From: Paramoeba atlantica
Taxonomy: Eukaryota > Protista > Discosea
Direction of reading: 5' to 3'
Length of the DNA: 64,000 bases
NCBI GenBank assembly: GCA_977017575.1
Contig: CDRNVI010000139.1
Location: 186,001 to 250,000 of the forward strand
Both the position numbers and the translations under genes were made by a program. Within the stretch, counting starts at the first letter, position 1; the number at the start of each line of letters is the position of its first letter. The notes under the pieces were generated by a model that saw only the letters and a list, made by a program, of their open reading frames with translations, was not told the origin of the DNA and ran no database searches. This document shows positions 28,041-39,975 of the stretch, one piece after another.

Positions 28041-28239
28041 CAAAGAGAAAAAAAACTGCAAAATGAGAGAGAAAAAATATGGGTGTGAAAAGAAGGAAAA
28101 ACGTTTTTTGTGGGTTTTAAAATTTTTTCGAGTTTTCTTCTTTTTCGTTTCTTTTTCCCAAAAACTGAGAAAAGAGAATTGAAAAGAGAATAAAAAGTGA
28201 AGAGAGAAAAGAAGAGAGAGAGAGAGAAAGAACACAAAA

Positions 28240-31200
28240 ATGTCGGGGGCTTTGTTAGGATTATCAGGAGAATTTTTAAGTTTTGGAGAGAAAAAAGATG
28301 CTTCTTTTTCTTCTGTTTCTTCTCCGATTCCAGAATCTGAAATTCGAGTTTCTGCCAATCTTTTGAATGTTTCTCAGGTTTTTTTCTTTTCTCTTTTCTC
28401 TTCTTTTTCTTTTCTTTTTCACTTTTTCACTTTTTCATTTTTCTTTTCTCTTCTCTTCTCTCCCCCACACAAAAAAACACCAGCCAACCTCGCCAACAAT
28501 CCCCCCAACATCAAACAGACACAAACAAATCCTCCAAAAACTACAACAATTGAGAAAAGAAACATCTTCTTCTTCTCTTTTTGATGGAGGAGAAAAAAAC
28601 ACCCCCATTTTAGAGGAGAATTTCTCAAAAGAAGAAGAACTTTTCTCTCTTCATCTTCGAATCCAAAACTCTTTGAATGATCTTCTTTCTTCTCTTTTGG
28701 TTTTTAAATCGGGGGTGACTCTTTCTTCCTCTTCTTCTTCTTCTTCTTCTTTCTCTCCCTCCTCTCCTCCTCTCCCTTCCTCTTCTTCTTCTTCTTTAAA
28801 TCAACAAAAAGAAATCATCCAAACTTTCACAATTGATTGTATCAACGAACCTCTTCTCCGCCTCCCTCTCTCTTTTACCCTTGTCTCCCCCCCTCTCCCT
28901 TCTTCTTCCTCTCTCTCTTCTCCCTCTTCTCCCTCTCCCTCTTCTTCTGTCCTCATCCAAGAAGATGGACCTTCTTCTCTCCTCTCTCCCTCTCCCCTCT
29001 CTCCCTCTTCTTCTTCTTCTTCTTCTCTCTCTCTTGACGTTTCTTTTGGACATGTGAAATATCGTTTTAATCCTCTTCCTTTTTGTGGATCAAATGATTT
29101 TCAGAGTTCTTTTACTGAATTGGTTATGGAGGTCCATCGGAGAATTCCTGATTCTCTTTTTAAAAAATCGGTTTTTCTTTTTCTTATTTTCATTTTATAA
29201 AAATAATAGATTTTGGATTCAATTCGAATCTTAATGTTATCTCTCAATTTAATTAAACGAAAAAACAAAACAAAAAACATCAACAACAGAGTCTTTCAGT
29301 CTCACTGAGTTCCCTCCTCCCAATCTTTGGACAACATTTAAAATCAGACATCATTGATATAAAAGAGATGTTCTTTTTGTGTGGTTCCCTCTATTTTGAG
29401 AGAGGGGGGAAGGAGATTGGAAGAGAGGATCCTCCTTTGATTCATGTGACTGGCGAGAATTTGACTGTTCTTTCTGAGGTTTGTTTGGGATTGTTTTTTG
29501 GGAGAGAGAGAGAGAGGAAGGGGGAGAGAAGGGAGGATAAGATTGGTTAAAATATTGTTTAAAATATTGTTACAAAATTGGGAAAAAAAATAGACTTTAA
29601 AAAATAAGATTCATATTATTTTTCAATTCAGTTAAATATTCCTTCTCTCTCTCCACAAGAAGAAGAAATCGATAAATACATCACGTCCAACATAAAACTC
29701 TTCCCTCCTCCACTCGAATCTCTCTCTTCTTCTTCTTCTTCTTCTTCTCCTCTCTCTCCTCCTCTCTCTCACTCCCTCTCTTTCTCTCATTGGCCCTCTC
29801 TTTCTCATTGTACAAGTTCTTTTCTTTCTTCTTGTGAAGAGGGGGGAAATGAGTTTGTTGTTCGGTTTAAGAATAAGTTGAGTGAGTTGACTCTTGCTGT
29901 TCATGCTGCTAGTTCCACAGGTTTTATTTATTTATTTTATTTATGTATGTATTTATTAAAAGGAATTATATATTTTATTCTTTTTTATTTTGAAGAAGTG
30001 TGTCGTAAGGTGTATTAATTTTTTGTGAATTTACTTTATATTCAAGAAGATGGTGATTCCTACGACTCAAGACGCCGATCTTTATCTCCAACTCCAGCAG
30101 GAAAGGTTTTTCTCTCACTTTCTTTCTCTCCTTCCTTTTTCCATTCTAAAAAAACAAAAACAAAAAAAGAATCTTCGGTCAGTGAAAAAAGTATTGTTAT
30201 CTGGAACAGAAAATTGTTGCCGAAGAGATCTTGCCATCGCTTTTGGCACTCAATTTGTTGCTTCTTTTACCAGAAGAAGAAGTAATAAAATGAAAAGAAA
30301 TTCTTCTTCTTCTTCTGGGAAGGTTCTTGGCTCTGTTTTTTCAGAGTTTCAATCTCCTTTGTCTTTTCCTTCTTCTTCTTCTTCTCTTTCACAACCCTCT
30401 TCTCCTTTTTCTTCTTCTTCTTCTTCCTCTCTTTTTGAAAATCCTCCTTTACAAATCACTCCCCATTTCTCTCCTCTCGCCCCTCTCCAAAATCTACATC
30501 CCTCTCTCTCCTTCCCTCCTCTCCCTCTCTCTTTTCCTTCTCTCCCTCTCCTCTTTTGGTTCGATGCAAGTTCGGAATTGTCTTTAATTTGTTCAATGTC
30601 CAAAATTGCAAATAAGATCCAAATTCCAAAAGAGAGTCTTTCTTCTTCTTTTTCTTCTTCTTCTCTTTCTTCTTCTTCTTCTTGTTTTGGGAGTGAGAGG
30701 ATGAGGGCTTTGTTGTTGTTGAAGTGGTTGGGTTTGTGTTTTTTTTTTAATTGTTCTTTCTCTTTTCTTCTTATAAATTTTAATTATTGAATTATTAGTT
30801 TTTTGAGTTAAAAAATGATCAAATTTATTTTTTTTTTCTTTTCTTTTCTTTTCTTTTCTTTTTCCCATTTAATTTAGGAGAGTGTCAAATGTCTTGGGTG
30901 CTTGTCTATGATAATGCTGAAGATGTTGAAATGGTATCGAAATGGCTTGTGAGGTATCCTTTCAAATTCTCTTCTCTCTCATCTCTCTTTTCTTTATTTC
31001 TTTCTATTGTCTCCATCATAATACTAAAAACTTTTTTCCTCTTTCTCTTTTCATTTTCTTTTAAAAAATCTCTCTTCTCCCTGCCTCTCTTCAACTAAAA
31101 AAAACATTCAATTTTTCAAGAAATGGGGAAGGGTGTATCATTTTGATTTCAAGTCGTTCAAGTTGGGATGGTTCCGCAAGTGTGGTAACTGTTTTGTTTT

Positions 31201-34200
31201 ATTTTTATTGTTTTGTTTTTGTTTTTGGAGTGAAAAAAAAAGAGAAAAGAAGAAAGAAGAGAGAAGAGAAGAAGGGAAAGAAAAAAAGAAGAATAGAAAA
31301 AGAGAAAAAGGAATCACTCATTTTTACTTTTTTCTCTTTCTTTTATTAGGTGAGAGTTCAGGAGAAAATTGATCACAAAATTGGAGAGAAAATGATTCGA
31401 TTTGGAGAGCTAAACGAAAAAGAAAGAGAAGAAAAGAGAGAAAGAGAAGGAGAAGAAGAGAAGGAAAGAAAAGAAGAAGAAAATGGAGTAGTTTTTGGAG
31501 ATTTATTTGATGGAGTTGAAGTGATTTATCGTCATTTGTTTCGGCTGCCAAAAGAAGTTTTTCCTTTTTCTTTTTTTTTCTTTTTAATTTCTTTCATTCT
31601 TTTTCTTGTTATTTTTCTTCTTTTTGTTATTTACTTTATGTTATGAATTCCAAAAATTTAGTTTCTATTATTTTTAAAAGATGGATGTTCATTTTTTCTC
31701 TTCTCTTTTCTTTCTCTCTCTCTCTCTTTCTTTTCAAAGGGTCGAGTATCTCTTCTGTGTCAACTTCAAGGAAACGAAAAAGGAAAATCGGATTCAAAAA
31801 ATAATACTTTAAAAGTTGTTGTACAACACATTCTTCAACTTCATATTCCTCTTCTTGTTCCGTTTTTGAATTTTTTGAGGTTTAGTTTTTTTTAATTTTA
31901 TTTATTTTTGTTAATTTTTATTTTTTCATTTTTTTTATTTATTTTTTTTTTTATTTTTTTATTTTTTCTTCTTTTTATTTTTAAATGAATTTAATTTATT
32001 CTTTATTTAAAATTTCTTTTCTTTTTCTTGAATAGCGCAATTTCTGATGGAGAAATCGAAACAATTGTTCTTGAAAAATGGTTTCATTTTGACTCAAAAA
32101 GACAGAAAAAAGAGGATTATTTCGAAGATTTATTCGAAATTCTCACTCTTCTTTATTCCTATGGTTCTTTTCTCTCTTTTTTCTCTTTTGAAAAATTGAA
32201 AATCAAATTTATCTCTTTTCTTTTCTTTTATGAAAAATAACACACAAAAAAAGGGTTTATTTTTATTATTTTTCCAAACGGAGAAGAAAAATTAACACTC
32301 AAAAACATTCAATTTGTTTCGATAATTTTGGAAAATCATATTCGAAATTTGATTCGTTCTTCTCAAGAACTTCAAATTTGGACTCAATCTCTTTCTTCTT
32401 CTTTTCATATTCTCTCTCTTTTTTGGTCTTCTCTCTCTTCTCCTTCTTCTCCTTCTCTTTCTTCTTCTTCTCTCTCTCACACATCTCTTCTTCCTTCTTT
32501 CATTTGTGTTTTCAACAAAATCGCAGCTCTTCCAAATTCTCTCTTCCAACAATCACCCTCTCTCCCTTCTTCTTCCTCTTCTCTCTCTCTCTCTTCTTCC
32601 TCTCTCTCTTCTTCCTCTCCTCTCTACCAAGAAATAACTTCTCTCATTCAAAACCTCACAAAAAATCTCTCTCTCTTCCTCGGAGTCTCTTCTTCTCTCC
32701 TCCACTCTCTCTCTCTCCCTCTCTCTTCTTCTCTCCTCCTCAAAAAATTCTTTGCATGGCACGACGATTGGATGGATCGGTCAATTCTGTCACAAAAAGG
32801 TGTCACGAAAAATATTGCGGGAATTGTACGAGATTTCGGGGGAATTTCTTTTTTTGTTTTTATGGGGAGAGTTGCTCATTTGTACTGTGTTGGTTTGGGG
32901 ATGGAAGGAGGGAAAGAGAGTGAGACTATTTTACAGTTTTATTGTACAAAGGTTTTCTTTTCATTTAATTTTTTGTTTATTATTATTGTTGATTTTTTTA
33001 TTATTGTTTTTGAGTTGAAGAATTTTATTGAGAAAAGTTTTTTTTGAATGTTGATCAAAATGTTTTATCCAATGAATTATTTTTTAAATGGAAAAAAATA
33101 GGTTTTGATCAAGAAAATGAAAAATTGTTGGGATGATATCTCATCTTATTTAGGAGAAAGGTTTTTTTTATTTTTATTTTTCTTTTTTCTTTCCTTTTCT
33201 TTTCTTTTTCTTTTTCTTTTTCTCTCTTCTTTCCTCTCTCTCTCAATCATTCTCTTTCTCTCCTTCTTCTTCTTTAGATATGAAACAGGAAGGGTACTCG
33301 AACATATTTTGAGACAAGTTGAGTGTTCTTATGCGAGGTTTTTACATTTTCATTGGGATACTGAAAAAGCACTTCAAAAAATATATAAGGTTTATTATTT
33401 ATTTATATTTATTTATTTATTATTATTTATTTATTATTCTTGATTTATTTTTTATTATTATTTTTATTTTGGAATTTATTCTTTATTTTTATTTTTTTTT
33501 TGTTTTCTTTTTCATTTTTTTTCTGAGAATCAATAACAGGCAACAGATTCAGCTCCTTCTTTTGAAGAAGAAGAAGAAAACATTGAAGAAGAGAGAGAAG
33601 AAGGAGAAGAGAAAGATATTTACGCTTTTGGTGTTTTGGCAAGTCTTTCTCTGGCTGATTTTCTTTGGGATAAAGGAAGGTATTTTTTGTCCTGTTTTAC
33701 TGTTTTATTTATTCTTATTATATTTTATTCTTTTCTTGAAATATTAAATAAAAATACAATCATTTTTTTCTTTATTTCTTTTTTGGGATCTTTCTTTTTT
33801 TTTATTTTCTTTCATTTTAGAGAATCAGACGCTCTCTACAACTATGAAAAAGCAGTAAAATCTTCTCAATCTCTTCGAAAATATCTTCAATCTTCTCTCT
33901 CTTCTTCTTCTTCATTACAATCAGGAATTGCTCTTTCGCATTTGAGAGTGGCAGATCAACGTCCAGAAGATGCCCTTTCGCTCTCTCTTTTTCAAAAGAA
34001 AAACTCTTCTTTCTCTTCTTCTCTCTCTCTTTCAGAGCATGTTTCTGCTTCAAGAACCAAAACTGGTTTTTTTCTCTTCTCTTCTCTTTTCTCTTCTTTT
34101 TTCTCCTTTCATTTTCTCTTCCTTTTTCGCCTCTGATCTTTTCTCTTCCTCTTCTCTTTTTTCTCTATCTCTTCTCCTCTCTTTCTCTCTCCTTCTTCTT

Positions 34201-37200
34201 TCTTTTCCCTTCTCTTTTCTCTCTCTCTTTTCCAGAGGATAGTCAGTGTTATTTAAGATCTGGGATCATTTATCTTCGAATGGAACGTTTTGAGGCTGCA
34301 ACAAGAAAACTTTTTAAATCCCTTGGTCTTTTTTTAAAAGAGAGAGAAGAAAGAGAGGGAAAAGAGAGAGAAGAAGGAGAGAGAGAGGGAAGAGAGAGAG
34401 AGAAGAGAGATAGTTTGTTTGTGGGGGAGAATTGTGTGAATGAGTTTTTTGGGATGAGAGATTTTTTGTTTTTTGAGAGTTTTGTGATTTCGATGTTGTG
34501 GAGATTTGTTCATGTTCCTGATCAGTTGATTGATTTTTCTAATGCTTTGAAAATGGTAATTTTTTGTTCTTTTTTTTGTATTTATTATTTATTTACAACT
34601 ATAATGAAAATAAATTATTTAATAATAAAGAAGAACAAGAAATTTCGAACAATAAGACGTGAATGGTTCCTGTGGAGAGATTGAAATAAACAATTTAATA
34701 GATACCATAAAATGAATAATAAATAATTATTTTTTTAGATGATCGATATTTTTATGGAAGATTGGAAAGTTGATGCACATATTTCTCATCGTCTCTCTTC
34801 TTTTTCTCTTTCTTTTCCCCCACAATTTTGCTCTTTTTCTCCCTCATTGACATCTTCATCAGGTTTTAGTTCTCTTTTCTCTCTCTCTCTTCTTCTTTTA
34901 AAAAAACATTTAGATGAAAAACTTGAGCAATTTGGAGAAATTTGCTTTTTTTTGGGATTTTCAAATTTGGCTGAAGGAAAAAAAACTGAAGCTTTGAGTT
35001 TTTTTTCTCGTTCTTTTTACATTTTTATCCAAATTTCGCAAGGTTTTTTTTTTTATTTTTTTTTCTTATTTTTGATTCTTTTATTTCTTATTTTATTTCT
35101 TTTTTGATTTATTCTCTATATCTCTTCTTTTTTAATTTTGTTGGTTAGATTGCTCTTCTTCTCTTTTTGGAAATTTGAGAGCAATAAAAGCACTTCGATA
35201 TGTTGGTCTCTGTTGCGAATTTCTTGGAAAAATAGATCATGCATTTCATTATTATAAAAAGTTATTTTTTGTTTTTTGTTTTTCTTTCTTCTCTTTCGTT
35301 TTGTATTCTCCTTTTTTGATTTTTCTTATTTTAAAAATTCTTTTTCATTTCTCAAAAAATGAAATCTGAATTGATTTTCCCTTCTCACCTCCTTTTCTCT
35401 TCTAGAGCTCTCTTTCTCTTAGACTCTCTCTCTCTCTCTCTCAACCTCGAAGGAGAAGAAGAGAGCCTCTCTTATTACTTAGAAGGGGGATTTCTTCTTC
35501 GCGCAGAGAGAGCTCTTCTTCTCTCTCTTCTTTGTTTTGTTTCTGTGCGAATGCATCGATATCAAGATGCGATTGCGAGTGTTGCTTTTTTAACCGATTT
35601 AATTCAGGTTTTCTCTTTTTTCTTTTGTTTTCTTTGTTGAGAGTAAAAAGAAAGAAAACTGAAAAGAAAAAAAGTGCAAAAAGAAACTTATTTTTTCTCC
35701 CACACAAGGAAAGAGAAGAAAGAGTCCGAATCCACAACTCAAAAACCCTGGACCACGAATTCGCAGAAGAAAGAGAACAAGAAATAGAACAAAAAATAGA
35801 GAGAGCAGAAAAGAAAAAGAAATCATCTCTCATTCGAAAATCATTCTCAGAAATTATTCCGACGTCCCCTCGACGTCCAATTAGACATCCGCTGGACGTT
35901 GGGGCTTTGGGGGTGGTTTATGATGTTCATGGTCATATTTTGTCTCTGAGGTTTTTCTTTTTATTATCTTATTTTGTTTTCTTTTATTTTGTTTTATTTA
36001 TTTTATTTTGAGAAGGAGAAAGAAGAGAGGAAAGGGGGAGAAGAAGGGGAAATTTTTGGTTAACAAAGGAGAAAAGAAATGAGATATTTTTGAAACAAAA
36101 AGTTTCTTCTGCCAAAAGAGTTTTTCCGTTTTTCGAAAATAATACTTCGAAATTTTAATTTGATTTGCAAAAAATAATTTGTGTCAAAAAAAATAGTACA
36201 AAATATGTGGAAGCAGAGTCCTTTTATCGAAGAGGGATGGAGATTCGGAGATCTGCAAAATTGGAAATTAATTTGGGTTCTGGATTTGAGATGTTTGCTC
36301 CTTTGAATGTATTTTTCTTTTTCTTTTAAATAATTTTGGAGATAAAAAAAGAGAAACTTTGTTAATTTGAAAAGAAACTTTAAAAATTAAAAAAAAAAAG
36401 AAAAATGATTTCTTTAAAATATATTTTAAATTACGAATTAAAAAAATCAACTCAAAAAAAACAATAGTTGGAAACATCAACAGCAAGAAAGACATCTCTT
36501 TCTCTTCTTCCTTCTTATTGTTTTATTGGGATGGCACTTAGAAAACAAGAAAAACTCAAAGGTTCTCTCTCTTTTCTCTCTTTCCCCTCTCTCTTTCTTT
36601 CTCTCTCTCTTTCTCTCTCTCCTCTCTCTTCTCTTTTTAATTCTCTTTTTAATTCTTCTCTCTTTTTCCAAAAATAGAAGCTTTTGAATATTACGAAAGA
36701 GTATTTTCCGCATCTGCAATTCAAGTCCTCTCCAAACCAGAAAAAGGAAAGAAAGAGAAAAAGAAGAAACAAAAAGGAGAGAGAGAAGAGAGAGAAGGGA
36801 AAAAGGTTGCTGAGTCGGAGAGTCATACGATTATTTTGAAAGAGAGAGAGGGGAAAGAGAGAGGGAGAGAGAGGGAGGGTCCTTCTTCTTCTTCTTCTTC
36901 TTCTTCCTCTTCCTCTTTATTGAGAGGAAGAAAAAAGACAGAGGTTTTTTATTTTTTCTTATTTTTATTTTATTTTATATTTTATTTTATTTTATATATT
37001 TCCCCCTCTTTCTCTTTCCCCTCTCTCTTTCTCTCTCTCTCTCTTCCCCCTCTCTCTCTTTTCCAGGAATCCTCATTCAACGACCTCAGCCAACTCCTCG
37101 CAGAAGGAGGAAGAGAAGAAGAAGAAGAACTCCGCAATTCCTCAAACCCCTCTCTCCCCTCTTCTTCTCTCTCTCTTTCAGAAACAGAAGAAGATCGTTT

Positions 37201-39870
37201 GAAATATACTGCGAGAGTTTTGACTGAGGTTGGAGAGCTGTTTTTGATGAGAGAACAATATCAAAATTCGATACTCTTTTTTGAACAGGTTTTTCTCTTT
37301 CTCTTTCTCTTTCTTCTCTCTGTCCCTCTCTCTTCTCTCTTTCCCTCTCCCTTCTTTCTCTCTTTCTCTTTCTCTTTTCTCTTTTCTCAAAATGGATCAT
37401 TTGAAATATCCTGCAAGAGTTTTGCCTGAACCACCATTCTCTTTTTCATTCTCTTTTCTTTCTTCCCTTTCCTCAAAACCACCACAGATTTTTTTTCTTT
37501 CTCTTTTTCTTTCTTTCCTCTCTCTCTCTCTCTCTCTCTCAATCAAAGAACCAATAAAAAAATAGGCACTGGCAATACAAGTTCGAGTTCTTGGGACGGG
37601 GAGTCACGCCACAATTTCACATCTTTATCGGTTAATGGGTTCTGCTCTTTCTCCTCAGGAGATGTGGGAGGAATCTTTGGATAGGTTTTTTTTTTATTTT
37701 TATTATTATTATTTATTATTATTTATTATTATTATTTATTATTATTTTTTGTTTTTTTATTTATTTTATTATTCTTCTGATTTTATTCTGCTCAAAATTT
37801 CTTCTTCTTTTATTCTTTGTTTTTATTCTTTTTGAAAATAAAAATAGGTACAAAGATGCTCTTGCAGTTGAAGAAGAAATAAATGTCGATCCACAAAATT
37901 GGGTTGTCACGATCACTTCGTATACTTTTATTTTTTACTTCATTTTTATTCTTTTTCAATTCATTCAAAAAGAATCTCAAAAAAAACAATTTTTTCTTTT
38001 CTCTTTTTCTTTCTCTTTTTCTTTTTCTTCGCTAGATATGAAATTGGTGTCACGGCTCTTTTGTTGGGGCATTGGGCGAGTTGGCATGCAAATGATATTG
38101 AAGCTTCTTATTATTATCAATATGGAATGCATTTTCTCTTAAAATCATATCAACTTGGGTTTTGTTTCAATTCTTTATTATTTTAGAAGAGGAAAAGAAA
38201 GAGAAAGAAGAAAGAAAAGAAAAAAGAAAGGTAAAACATAGAATATTTACTTTGTTTTATTAAATTGAATTTATTTTTTGTCAAAAAAGGAGGCTTTTGG
38301 GAAAGACAGAAAGAAGTCCTTTTATGGCAAAAATGAAATGTCGAGTGGCCGAACTTCTTCACCGATTTCAGAGTGAAAAGTGTTGTTTGTATGTTCGAAA
38401 AGTTGTTTTTGGATTTGGAAAAGAGGTTTTTTTTTATATTTATTTTATTTATTTGTTTTATTTTCAAATGTTTTTAATATTAATATTATTACTCTTTTTT
38501 TAAAATTTCTTCATTTTTTGAAATGGGCAATTAGATTGTTTGGCAAGATGAAGAAGAAGTAAGTTGTGAAATGCCAAGGTTACAATGTGCTTTTCATTTA
38601 TTACGACATTCTCTTTGGACTTTTGTTGATTTGTATGAGGGTTCAGCCAATTTTCCTGTTACAGAGGTATGCTTAAGAGACTTCTTTTTTATTTAATTTT
38701 TAGATAATAACAGTTTGAAAACCAATTTTTTGATAAATAAAACAAAAAATAAAATAAAAGAAGTAAACAAAAATAAATCAAGTAAATAATCTCCAAAAAA
38801 ACAGGTTCTTCGAAATACAGGAGATGTACTAGTAGACGACGGAAAAAGAGATCTGGGTCTTCATTGTTATACCCAAACAAGAGATATTCTTCATCGTTTG
38901 TATGGTCCTGAGCATTATTTTGTTGCTCGCATTTTGCAGAGAATTGGTTCTTCTTCTTCTTCTTTAGTATTATTAATGATTATATTATGATTATTATTAT
39001 TTATTACCATTAATTATTAAGTATCCTTATTGTTTATCTCTCTTTTTTCCAAGAGATATTCTCCCATTTCTTCAAGATTCAAAGAATGAAAATAGGTGGA
39101 ATTATGTTGGGGCAAAGAAAGCTTGATGAAGCAATGAATTATTTTACAATGGCACTCGCAATTTTCAGGTTTGAAAAAAGAGAAAAGAAAGAAAAAAAAT
39201 CTTTCTTCTCAGTTTAAATTTTCATTCAATCTTCTTATTTCCCTCTCTCTCCCTCTTCTCTCTCTCCCAGACTCTCCTCTCCATCAGACGAACACAGAGA
39301 CATCGCAACAACAATAAAATATACTGGAGACACACGCAAATTAATGAGACAATTTAAAGATTCTATTGATTGTTATAAAAAGGCTCGAAATATTTGGAGG
39401 AAAATGGGAAATGGGCGTGACGATTGTGACGAGATTGCCAGTCTTTATGTTGGTTTGTTATTTTTTTTTTCAATATTTTATTTGTTTTTAACATTTTCAG
39501 AATGAAAGGAATTTATTTGACTTGTATTCAAAAATATTTTTGATAATAATCAATTTTACAGAGATATCAGATGCACAATGTTTAATGGGAAAATACGCCT
39601 CTGCTCTCACCAGTATCGAAAAAGCTCTTCAAATTCGAATACAGCTTTTTCCTCCCAACCACCCTCGTGTCAATGGTTTTTAGTTTTTCTTTTTAAGAGA
39701 AGAGAAGAGAAGAAGGGAAGAGGAGAAGAAGAGAAGAAGAGAAGAGAAAGAAATTGAATCTTCTTTTTTTTCTTGCAGATGCTTTGGTTGAGAAAAATAT
39801 TATTCAAGATTTACAACCACCTTGTTTTGATTACTTTCTCAACATTTGTAGTGCAGTGAGAAGAAAGTGA
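28240..39870 (+). CDS. Large NB-ARC/STAND-like + TPR protein (NLR-like), highly intron-fragmented, degenerate Walker A
   Basis: VLLSGTENCCRRDLAIAF (P-loop position), FWFDASSELSL, WVLVYDNAED (Walker B), GCIILISSR. C-terminal KLC-type TPRs (LDEAMNYFTMALAIF; ALTSIEKALQIRIQLFPPNHPRV). Stop TGA 39868-39870. Internal exon boundaries are approximate. Confidence 0.7.
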
Positions 39871-39975
39871 GTTCTCTCTTTCCTCTTTTCCTCTCTTTTC
39901 TCTTTCATGAAAAAGATCACAAATGAAGAATTACTTGCAAAGGATTTTTTTATTGATTTGATTTTGATTTGGTTT

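Noticed and set aside
27405-28358. 317-aa minus ORF starting MAETRIS
   Set aside because: It starts at TTG, overlaps exon 1 of the plus-strand NLR-like gene and runs through low-complexity introns. Only parts downstream of ATG 28040 are real GT exons.
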